A stretch of DNA of 64,000 nucleotides. It comes from a virus. A program made the translations under genes and the position numbers. The first letter of the stretch is position 1. Each line of letters opens with the position of its first letter. Below, in pieces: positions 56,354-64,000 of this stretch. Location of the stretch: the IMG/VR virus record IMGVR_UViG_3300044835_000075, positions 43,375 through 107,374 of that record. One strand, written 5' to 3'. A model generated the notes under the pieces. That model was not told where the DNA came from, ran no database searches, and was given only the letters and a program-made list of their open reading frames with translations.

Positions 56354-56365
56354 CCGGCCCGTTTT
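56328..56365. terminator. bidirectional terminator at the convergence of replication and late arms
   Basis: AAAACGGGCCG-A-TCACC...GGTGA-C-CGGCCCGTTTT. Confidence 0.88.
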
Positions 56366-56378
56366 ACGTTCGGGGTCG

Positions 56379-56600
56379 TTACTTGCTGTCAGCGGCCTTG
56401 GCGGGGGCGCGCTTGGCGGCAGGCTTCGAGTCCTCGGACGACGAGTCGTCCTCATCCTCGCCGCCCATGCCGGGCGAGTTGCTCCAGCCGGGCTTGAGCC
56501 CCTCGGAACCGTGCTCCGACGCCGAGGGCGGCGGGATGTGGTATCCGGGCTGGTTGTCCTTGGTCTCGAAGGTGCCGTCGGTGGGCGGTTCGTTGCTCAT
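56379..56600 (-). CDS. small low-complexity protein
   Basis: GAGAGG RBS. Confidence 0.6.
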   Translation of the reverse strand: MSNEPPTDGTFETKDNQPGYHIPPPSASEHGSEGLKPGWSNSPGMGGEDEDDSSSEDSKPAAKRAPAKAADSK

Positions 56601-56662
56601 GAGCGGGATCGTACCTCTCCGTATCGGGGTCCGCCGCTGGTCGCGACGGGGTCTGAAGGGGA

Positions 56663-57055
56663 TCAAGCAGCCGAGAGCAGCGTGCGTGACTGCGTCTGGG
56701 TGACCGGCGCGCCGGTCGCGTCGACGGGAGCCACGACGTTCTTCCGCACGACCACGGCGAACGCGGCCGTGATCAGCACCATGATGAGGCTCTGCTTGTC
56801 GGCGGGCCAGTGCGCCCCGAACGCCAGCCCGAGGGCGAAGATGGCCTTGACCATCCCGAGGATGCCCGGGAGCAGGAAGTCGCCCTTGACCGCGAAGGCG
56901 GTCACCAGGCCGAAGAACGCCACCGCTACGGCGTTGAGCACGCCCTGCTGGTCGTCGGTGAGGTGGAAGAAGAACCCGCTCACGCCCTGCACGAGCGCGG
57001 CGAACAGGGCCAGCCACACGGCCGGTTCCCGGCCCCAGATCATCTTGACGGTCAT
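56663..57055 (-). CDS. holin
   Basis: four TM helices, GREPA N-terminal motif, follows endolysin. Confidence 0.85.
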   Translation of the reverse strand: MTVKMIWGREPAVWLALFAALVQGVSGFFFHLTDDQQGVLNAVAVAFFGLVTAFAVKGDFLLPGILGMVKAIFALGLAFGAHWPADKQSLIMVLITAAFAVVVRKNVVAPVDATGAPVTQTQSRTLLSAA

Positions 57056-57068
57056 GCTCGTTATCTCC

Positions 57069-57896
57069 TTAGTAGCACCATGCGGTGAACGGGGCGTCGC
57101 TGGTCAGCTCGGCGGCTACCGCCCGAGTGCCGGGCGGCACGGTGATCGGCCCGGGGCGGTCGGTGTCGATGTGGACCGCGTTGCCCGAACCCGGGCCGTA
57201 GACAGCGCTCGAACCCTGGGTGTCCTTGATGAACCACAGGTGTCCGTTGACAACGTGGCCGAAACCCTGCTGGATGAACAGGGAGGTCTTGCCGTTGCAC
57301 GGGATGTACTTGCGTACACCGGTGCCTGCCGGGAACTCCATGGAAAGATCCTCCTCGTCGTCGGACGGAGTGACCCCGCCGCTTCCTGCTGATGCCCTGG
57401 CGATCACGTAGTCCCAGGGGAACCCGCTGCCGGGGTCGGTGTGGGTGCCGTCGTGCATTCCGAGCGTCCAGTCGATGTGACCGATGACGCCGGACATGCC
57501 CGCCCCGACTTGGGCCGGGGTGAGCTTGCGGATGGGGATGTTCCGCGCGAGGCATCGAGCCCGGACCCAGTCGGCTGTCCGATTCAGGATGCCGATCGGG
57601 TTGACGCACCCGTCCACGGTGGCCGAGCCGAGCCACTGCTCACGGGTCCACGCCGCGAAGCCGCACAGTTCGGCGTTCTCGCTGACCGGGTTGCCGGACC
57701 GGATGGTCCACGCCGACCGCGACGGGTCGACGTACTGCAACGTGGCACCGGCGTCGATGCCGACGTGGCTGGACGCCTGGGTGGCGGGGGCGTAGAAGTA
57801 CGAGCCGAGGGACGCGGCCGTGCGGGAGCCTTCAGCGGTGTGCACGGCGATAAGCCGGACGGGGGCGGACCCTCGCGGGTCGGACTTGTAGACCAT
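57069..57896 (-). CDS. endolysin, N-acetylmuramoyl-L-alanine amidase
   Basis: VHTAEG, ASSH, AELCG, IGH, HTDPG..FPW. Confidence 0.92.
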   Translation of the reverse strand: MVYKSDPRGSAPVRLIAVHTAEGSRTAASLGSYFYAPATQASSHVGIDAGATLQYVDPSRSAWTIRSGNPVSENAELCGFAAWTREQWLGSATVDGCVNPIGILNRTADWVRARCLARNIPIRKLTPAQVGAGMSGVIGHIDWTLGMHDGTHTDPGSGFPWDYVIARASAGSGGVTPSDDEEDLSMEFPAGTGVRKYIPCNGKTSLFIQQGFGHVVNGHLWFIKDTQGSSAVYGPGSGNAVHIDTDRPGPITVPPGTRAVAAELTSDAPFTAWCY

Positions 57897-58168
57897 CAGC
57901 CGTTCAGCTCCTTCCGGGCCTGGGCGGCCTGCTCGTCGGCCTCCTGCTCGGTGAGCCACTGCTTGCCCTCTGCGGTGTCGAACCAGGGGTCTCGCAGGCT
58001 GGTCGCCGGGCCTTCCGCGCTGCCGTGTGCGGTCTCGACGGCGTCGGCAAGGGCCTGCTCGTCGTCGGTTGCGTCGGGGATGTAGATGGCCTCGTTGTCG
58101 AGGTCGCCGATGTCCTGCTCGGCGTGGTCGGCGGCACCGTCGCCGTCGCTGTCGGTGTGTTGGCCCAC
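57896..58168 (-). CDS. small acidic protein
   Basis: coupled to endolysin. Confidence 0.65.
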   Translation of the reverse strand: MGQHTDSDGDGAADHAEQDIGDLDNEAIYIPDATDDEQALADAVETAHGSAEGPATSLRDPWFDTAEGKQWLTEQEADEQAAQARKELNG

Positions 58169-58268
58169 GGGCTACCTCACGATGGTCGGATGGGGGGAGC
58201 GTTCATCCGCTATCGTCGCGCGCCAGCAGCTCGGCGGGGGTCCGACACGCGCGTCTCCGGCTATAAAT

Positions 58269-59177
58269 TCAGCGGCTTGACGTGGTGGTCTTGCGCCGGG
58301 CCGCCGGTGCCTCGGTCGTCTCGGTGGCCGTGGTCGTCTCGGTCACCGTCGTCGAGGGGTCTTCCGGGGTGGTGGTCGCCTCGGGTGGGGTGCAGGTGTA
58401 GTTCGGCATGGTGTCGGTGCCGCCGTCGCGGCTGCACTGCTGCTGCCCGATCTGCGGTCCGGACATGGTGAACGCGCCGAGCGGCGCTCCGCAGAACGGG
58501 CCGACGGTGCGGGTGGTGCCGTTGTCAAGGGCGACGTCGACGTAGCAGTGGTCCGCCGAGGTGGTGACGTCGGTGATGCCGACTCCGTTGGTTCCGCTCG
58601 GACCGACGGCTCCGGACATGCCTGCCGCGCCGGTGGCGCCCGGCTGGCCGCTGTCGCCGGTCGGCCCGCCGGGGCCGGTGGATCCGGCCGCGCCGGTGGG
58701 GCCCGTGGCGCCCGGCTGGCCGCTGGCGCCGGTGGGTCCGGCGTCTCCGCAGAAGGAGCCGACGCGGCTGGTCGAGCCGGAGGTGAGGCCGATCTCGACG
58801 AAGCACCGGTCGATTTGGCGGACGTAGGAGACGCCGATGCCGTTGGTCCCGTTGACGGCGGCGGCGGCCGGTACGGCGGATTCGCCGCGCTGGACGCGCT
58901 CGCAGACGGCCTTGGCGGCCGCGTCGCTGTTGACCTGGCCACCGGCGGCTTTGCACACGGAGACGAACAGGGCCTGCTGCTGTTCGATCACCGACCCCTG
59001 GGTGCTGATCTGGGAGTCCTGGCTGATGTTGCCCGCGAGGGCGACCCCGACGCCGACGACCATGAGGGCGAGGAGAGCGGCGAGAACAGCTCCCCAGACG
59101 CGGGTTTTGCGGCGGCTCTTGGCGACGTCCACCGGCTGCTGGTGTGTGCCAGGTGCGCCATTGGCTAGATCGGTCAT
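58269..59177 (-). CDS. membrane-anchored collagen-like protein of the lysis region
   Basis: one TM helix, GXY repeats, paired Cys, Thr-rich tail. Confidence 0.8.
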   Translation of the reverse strand: MTDLANGAPGTHQQPVDVAKSRRKTRVWGAVLAALLALMVVGVGVALAGNISQDSQISTQGSVIEQQQALFVSVCKAAGGQVNSDAAAKAVCERVQRGESAVPAAAAVNGTNGIGVSYVRQIDRCFVEIGLTSGSTSRVGSFCGDAGPTGASGQPGATGPTGAAGSTGPGGPTGDSGQPGATGAAGMSGAVGPSGTNGVGITDVTTSADHCYVDVALDNGTTRTVGPFCGAPLGAFTMSGPQIGQQQCSRDGGTDTMPNYTCTPPEATTTPEDPSTTVTETTTATETTEAPAARRKTTTSSR

Positions 59178-59545
59178 GATCCCGGCCTCCCGCCGGTGTC
59201 GGCGTCCCATTTCACGGGGGGTAGTTGCTGGTTGTCGGACTGCTCGACGAACTTGCGGAGTTCGTCCGACATGGGCGGTACGCCGGATGGTCCGCTGGTG
59301 GCGCGCAATGCGTACTCCAGGTCGGCGGCCCTGGCCTGCCACAGTCCGGCCTCGTACTGGGCGGAACGCTCGCCTTTGTTGGCCTGCTGGATGCGCTCCC
59401 TGGCCATTCCGCGCTCCGTGGTCCGGAAGTTCACGACGAACTTGTAGGCCGAGATGAACAGCCCGATGAGGCCGCCGCCGAGAAGGAACATCAGCAGGCC
59501 CGATGAGCTACCCAAGTCCTGAGCTGCTGCTGCTTGAGTTAGCAC
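59174..59545 (-). CDS. single-TM coiled-coil protein
   Basis: TM helix then coiled coil. Confidence 0.7.
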   Translation of the reverse strand: MLTQAAAAQDLGSSSGLLMFLLGGGLIGLFISAYKFVVNFRTTERGMARERIQQANKGERSAQYEAGLWQARAADLEYALRATSGPSGVPPMSDELRKFVEQSDNQQLPPVKWDADTGGRPGS

Positions 59546-59559
59546 TCGCCTGTCCCTTC

Positions 59560-59952
59560 CTATCTTCGTGAATCCCGGTACGCATCCACCCACCTTTGAG
59601 CGAAGAGAAGGGTCATCACGCCAGCCATGGACGCGGCGGTGATCGCCGAAGTCTGAGTCGTAGCTTGCAGCACCAGCGAGGCCGCCCAGATGAGGCTCGC
59701 CGTCGCGGAAAGTTGCGCTCCGAGTAAGCGGATGAACACCTTTTTGGTGAGTAGTCCGGTGAGTCCGAGGACGCCGCCGGAGATGCAGCAGATCCCCCAG
59801 GCGATCACCACCGCGAGGCCGCCCTGTTTGAGCAGTGAAGGGGATGGGCTGAAGAACACCAGTATGCCCACGACGACGAGTAGACCGTACGCGCACAGAA
59901 CGCACAGCAGGGGCAACCACCTGCGCGGCAGGCCTGTCTGGTGTGACGTCAT
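59560..59952 (-). CDS. four-TM membrane protein
   Basis: hydrophobicity pattern. Confidence 0.75.
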   Translation of the reverse strand: MTSHQTGLPRRWLPLLCVLCAYGLLVVVGILVFFSPSPSLLKQGGLAVVIAWGICCISGGVLGLTGLLTKKVFIRLLGAQLSATASLIWAASLVLQATTQTSAITAASMAGVMTLLFAQRWVDAYRDSRR

Positions 59953-59966
59953 CCATCCCCCTCACC

Positions 59967-60239
59967 TCATCCCGCGTCCGGATCTTCGGCTACGGGAAGC
60001 GTCTCTTCGGTCGTGATGGCGATGTCCGGCAGGCCGAGCGCCTGCCGGTGAAGCATGATCCTCCGCTCGACGTCGGCCAGCCGGATGAAGATCGGCTCGG
60101 TCTCCGTGTCCGGCACGTCCTCCGGCAACTCTTCCAGGTCGAGCATGAAGCGCCAGTGGTCGGCTTCCAGGTCGAGAAGTCGTTGCTTGCGGATGTGATC
60201 GGCTTGTGGCTTGAGCAGTAGTGCGTACTTCACCGTCAT
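59967..60239 (-). CDS. hypothetical protein
   Basis: GGGAGG RBS. Confidence 0.7.
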   Translation of the reverse strand: MTVKYALLLKPQADHIRKQRLLDLEADHWRFMLDLEELPEDVPDTETEPIFIRLADVERRIMLHRQALGLPDIAITTEETLPVAEDPDAG

Positions 60240-60277
60240 GGTCTTGCCTCCCGGTTGATCTTGATAAACAGCGTTTA

Positions 60278-61969
60278 CTAGTAGGACTCGATGATGCTTT
60301 CCTGCACCATGACATCGACCGCGCGGATGACCACCGACGGCACCGCGCCGCCGATCACAATGCGGGTCCGTACCGCGAACGTCGCCCCCGCCGGGACGTT
60401 CGTCGCGAAGGTGTAGTCGGTCTGCACATTGACCGGCCGCGAACCGTCCCGATGCGACGGTCCACCTTGGAGTTTCTGCACAAGCTGGTTGAACGCCCCG
60501 CCGTTGACCGACAGGTCAATGTAGAGGAACCACTGCTGACCGTCCTCTTTGTCCGAAAATGCACCCGGATTAATCGTCGCCTCGACACACACCGCGATGT
60601 CGAGATCCGTCGTCGTGACCGAGTGGACAGTCATCGTCGCCCACGTCGTCGACAGGGTCTGACCGGTCGTCAGCGTCGAACCGAAGAACTGGATCGACCG
60701 GTGCTTCACGCCTTGCCGGGCGTCGCGCAGCGTGCCGGATCCGCGCCACCGGGCCCCCGCGATCACCGAGCCCACCGAATCCCACGCACCGATGACCTCG
60801 AACCGCGCCGTCAGGTCGGTGTAGCGCTTCAAGGTCAGGTTCACCGAACCGGTGCCGAGGGCCTGGGTGAGCGTCATCGGCACGCGAGTGAGCCCCGATG
60901 TGCGCGAGAGCGACGCGACCGGCTCGTCCAAGCCAGCGTTGTCCGGCGACGCCGCGTCGGCCCGGGTGAGCTTCCAGAGCATCGCGTCGGCGGTGTACCC
61001 GGTCGCCCGGTTCGCCAGCTGGCGCCCGGAGAGGGACAGGCTGCCGTCGGCGGTCAGCGAACCCCACGGCAGGCGACCCACGGCGATGTTGTCGCGGTCC
61101 ACGGTCAGGATCGGCACGACGTCCGCCGTGCCGTCGCGCGCAACTTGCAGGATGCGCTTTGTCGTGGCACCGACCCCGGCCTGCCCGTAGAGCAGCAGAC
61201 CGTTGACGACCGCGTCCGCCGCGTTCGACGTCGGCGAGATCGCCATCACCGACGTGGTCGGCAGAGCCGCCCCGCCCCACGCCGAGAACGTCTGGTGCCG
61301 GACGCGGCCCTGGGCGTCGATCAGGAAGAGGTCGTTGCCGGTGGCCTCCTGGACAGCCAGCAGGGCGCCAGAGCCGGTGTCCGGGCCGACGGGGGTGTAC
61401 GGGCGGAGCACGATGCCGCGTTCGCCGGTCGCCCTCGTACGGACGTGCACCCGGCCGTTGACAATCGGGTCCGCCGCGAGTCCGACCACCGCGCCGACGA
61501 TCAGGGTGCCCTTGGTCGGGTCGGAGTAGTCGTAGACGCGCTGGGTGCCGCCGAGGATCGCCGAGCCGTCCCACGCCCACTGGGCGCCCGGATTGGCCGC
61601 GTCCGGGTGTGACACGGAGAACGCGTTGGCCGAGCGGGCCGGGCCACCCGCGCCGACACCGTTGGCCGCGCGAACGTTGAACGGCTCACTGATCGTGTTG
61701 CCGCCCGCGTAGTCCCAGCCCGCCGCGTCGTTACGCCGGTAGAGCGTGCGGTAGCCGGTGGGCACGCCGGGGCTCGACTCGGGGGCGACCAGAGCCGAGC
61801 GGCCCGCGACGAGGTTCGTCGTCGGCAGGGCTGTGCGGGTGACGCCGTCGTCGTAGGCGGCCTTCTGCTCGATCGAGAGGAACGCCGCGTTGAAGTCGAT
61901 CCTGCTCGGCGAGTCGGTGCCCACGCCCCACTGCACGAGCCCGAATCGGCTGGTGAGCGTCTCTGCCAT
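60278..61969 (-). CDS. tail fibre / minor tail protein
   Basis: MAETLTSRFGLVQW...DFN N-terminus; follows baseplate genes. Confidence 0.75.
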   Translation of the reverse strand: MAETLTSRFGLVQWGVGTDSPSRIDFNAAFLSIEQKAAYDDGVTRTALPTTNLVAGRSALVAPESSPGVPTGYRTLYRRNDAAGWDYAGGNTISEPFNVRAANGVGAGGPARSANAFSVSHPDAANPGAQWAWDGSAILGGTQRVYDYSDPTKGTLIVGAVVGLAADPIVNGRVHVRTRATGERGIVLRPYTPVGPDTGSGALLAVQEATGNDLFLIDAQGRVRHQTFSAWGGAALPTTSVMAISPTSNAADAVVNGLLLYGQAGVGATTKRILQVARDGTADVVPILTVDRDNIAVGRLPWGSLTADGSLSLSGRQLANRATGYTADAMLWKLTRADAASPDNAGLDEPVASLSRTSGLTRVPMTLTQALGTGSVNLTLKRYTDLTARFEVIGAWDSVGSVIAGARWRGSGTLRDARQGVKHRSIQFFGSTLTTGQTLSTTWATMTVHSVTTTDLDIAVCVEATINPGAFSDKEDGQQWFLYIDLSVNGGAFNQLVQKLQGGPSHRDGSRPVNVQTDYTFATNVPAGATFAVRTRIVIGGAVPSVVIRAVDVMVQESIIESY

Positions 61970-63192
61970 CAGATACTCCTCGCGTAGAAAGCGTCGACGT
62001 CGTACAGCTCGCCGGTGAGCATCGCGAGCACGCTCACGGTGACCGTCATCTTGGTGGCCGTGGCGGGCACCACGACGGTCGTGCCCGTCCCCTCGCGCGT
62101 CCACACGTCGTTGGTGACGCCCAGGATGTTCACCGTCTGGTCCTGCCCGGTCAGGTAGGTGGCGCCGTTGTAGAACTTGACGACGTACCGCAGGTCGCGG
62201 CTCTGGTCGGGACGGATCGAGAAGGAGAAGTGGTAGTTGCCCGGGGTGACGGGGATGTCCGGGGTGAGCAGGACGCCAGCACCGGCCGCCGAGACCGTGA
62301 CCCGGCCCATCGCGATGCCGTCGACGCCGCCGAGGATCCGGCCGAGGGACGACGTCCCGGTGGCCGTCCAGCCGGTGGTGTTCACCTCGAACGACGGGTT
62401 GGGGATGATGTTGTCCGGGATCGCGACGTACATCAGCCCGGCCTGCTCCAGCTGGTCCCAGGTGAGCGCCTCCCACATAGTCCAGATGGGGTATATGGCC
62501 TCGATCTGGTCCCACGTCGCCCCATAGCTGGCGTGCCAGAGCACCGCCCCGGCAGGTTTGACGCCCTTGCGCAGGACGGCCGCCACCACCGCGCTCGGGT
62601 CCGGGGTCTCGCTTGACCTGGTCACGATCGTGATGTCCCAGATGCTCGTTTCGCTCAAGCTCCCGCCGACCGGGGAGAAGTGCGGGACGATCCGCGCGTA
62701 CTGAGTGCCGGTGAGCACCGACTTGGCCGCGTCCGCGATGGCCTGCCGCGTCCCGCCGCGCCATCCCGAGGTGGCGTAGGTGATCGTGTCCCGCTTCTCC
62801 TGCTCGGTCGCCGCCGGATCCAGCGTCGCCCCGACCAACTGCGCCAGCCACGGCAACCACGCCGCGTCGGCCTGCGTCGGATCGGCCAGCGCCGAGGGGC
62901 GACTGATCCGGTTGGCCCGCCACTGCTCAAGCTCGGTGCCGCGCAGGGCCCACGGTTCCGGCGTCGCCGGACCCACCGGCCGGTCACCGGCGATGCGAGT
63001 GATGGTGTCGTCGATCGTGCCGCCCATGTCCATCATGGCGGCGATATAGCGCTTGAGCGTCCACGTCTGGTCCATCGCGTCGAACCGGCGGTACACCTCC
63101 GGCAGGCGGCCGTAGAGCCGGTCTGCCAGCGTGCTCATGTACGGCACCTGGTCGTCGCCGGGTAGTGGCTCGGAGGTCAGGGGGGTCGTCAT
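61969..63192 (-). CDS. baseplate wedge protein (P2 gpI-like) with C-terminal carbohydrate-binding-like domain
   Basis: LYGRLPEVYR, LPWLAQLVG, RGGT, VKPAG; NIIPNPSFE. Confidence 0.8.
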   Translation of the reverse strand: MTTPLTSEPLPGDDQVPYMSTLADRLYGRLPEVYRRFDAMDQTWTLKRYIAAMMDMGGTIDDTITRIAGDRPVGPATPEPWALRGTELEQWRANRISRPSALADPTQADAAWLPWLAQLVGATLDPAATEQEKRDTITYATSGWRGGTRQAIADAAKSVLTGTQYARIVPHFSPVGGSLSETSIWDITIVTRSSETPDPSAVVAAVLRKGVKPAGAVLWHASYGATWDQIEAIYPIWTMWEALTWDQLEQAGLMYVAIPDNIIPNPSFEVNTTGWTATGTSSLGRILGGVDGIAMGRVTVSAAGAGVLLTPDIPVTPGNYHFSFSIRPDQSRDLRYVVKFYNGATYLTGQDQTVNILGVTNDVWTREGTGTTVVVPATATKMTVTVSVLAMLTGELYDVDAFYARSI

Positions 63193-63196
63193 CGGA

Positions 63197-64000
63197 TCAC
63201 ACCGCCGCCGTGGTCACAGCGCCCGCCGTCGGCAGGGTCGCCGCCCCGACGATCGCGTAGTCCGCCGTCGGCGAACCGGCGATCGAGACCGACGCGACGT
63301 AGTCGACGCCGTCGACCCGGTCGATCAGCGACACCAGTTCGTTGTGCCGGATCACGCCGCCCCACGACCAGGTCAGAGGGTTGATGTAGGCGACGATCGC
63401 GTCGTGCACGGCTTGCAGGGTGATCGTCTGGTCGTAACCGTCGAACAGGTGGACGGTGGTGTCGACCGCTACGGCGGTGATCGTGATGTCGACGACGTGC
63501 ACGTCGAGCACCGCGACCGCGCGGTCCTCAAGGGCCTGCTCGATGTCGTCCTTCGCCTCGGTCGAGAGATCCGTGCCGCCGTCGCCGAGCACCGCGACGG
63601 TCATATGCCCGGGGTTGTCGCCCGGCACGCCGCCCGCCAGCGGGTCCCACAAGTCGATCCCGACCGCGCGGGCCACCTCGGGGCGCTCCAGGGCGGCCGC
63701 GACGAAGTGGCGCGGGAGCACGAGGGCGTCGGACAACCGCGACAGGCGGGCGACGCCACGGTCGCGCCACTGATTGTCGGTCTCGGCGTCGCGGCCGTCG
63801 GCGACCGTGGTGGCCAGCTCGACGGACTCGATGAACGGCACGGGGTCGGCCATGACCATGACCGAACCGGCCATCATCCCGTTCGCGGATTCGGTGAAGG
63901 TGTCCCCGATGATCGACACAGTGCCGGAGTCGTCGCCCGGATCGACCACCAGTCCGGGGGGCTCGACGAGGAAGGTGACGGTGGTGCCGTCGTCGAGCGG
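63197..64000 (-). CDS. baseplate J-like protein (C-terminal part)
   Basis: DGRDAETD..WRDR, PGHMTVAV, VDGVDYV; frame open to the window edge. Confidence 0.85.
   Translation of the reverse strand, partial: PLDDGTTVTFLVEPPGLVVDPGDDSGTVSIIGDTFTESANGMMAGSVMVMADPVPFIESVELATTVADGRDAETDNQWRDRGVARLSRLSDALVLPRHFVAAALERPEVARAVGIDLWDPLAGGVPGDNPGHMTVAVLGDGGTDLSTEAKDDIEQALEDRAVAVLDVHVVDITITAVAVDTTVHLFDGYDQTITLQAVHDAIVAYINPLTWSWGGVIRHNELVSLIDRVDGVDYVASVSIAGSPTADYAIVGAATLPTAGAVTTAAV

Overview
High-GC actinobacteriophage segment with a contractile-tail (baseplate J / wedge) module; no integrase, capsid or DNA polymerase gene is recognisable in the window. Layout: (i) 1-22.5 kb, a mosaic of small genes on both strands with a probable terminase-small-like gene at the left edge, a secreted HNH nuclease, a papain-like protease, a displaced tail-fibre/tailspike cassette and a MetE-like enzyme; (ii) 19.4-24.2 kb, a structured non-coding RNA zone with one tRNA(CAU), a circularly permuted tRNA mimic resembling YrlA Y RNA, a tRNA whose anticodon loop is replaced by a 59-nt insert, and two orphan T-arm/acceptor modules; (iii) 24.2-25.0 kb, an AT-rich, repeat-bearing origin-like region at the main strand switch, followed by an HTH protein; (iv) 25-56.3 kb, plus-strand early/replication genes (NUDIX, J-domain, HIT, cupin, SNF2 helicase, two DEDD exonucleases, metallophosphoesterase, SSB-like, AEP primase, Cas4-like nuclease, UvrD helicase, VRR-NUC); (v) 56.4-64 kb, minus-strand lysis, tail and baseplate genes. 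About 21 copies of a conserved promoter/operator cassette (TTGAC-WAGCCG-N9-[TGGTT or CGGCTA], usually followed by GTTCCG) punctuate the window and split into two position-segregated classes. All calls are from visual inspection and motif recognition; no searches or folding programs were run.
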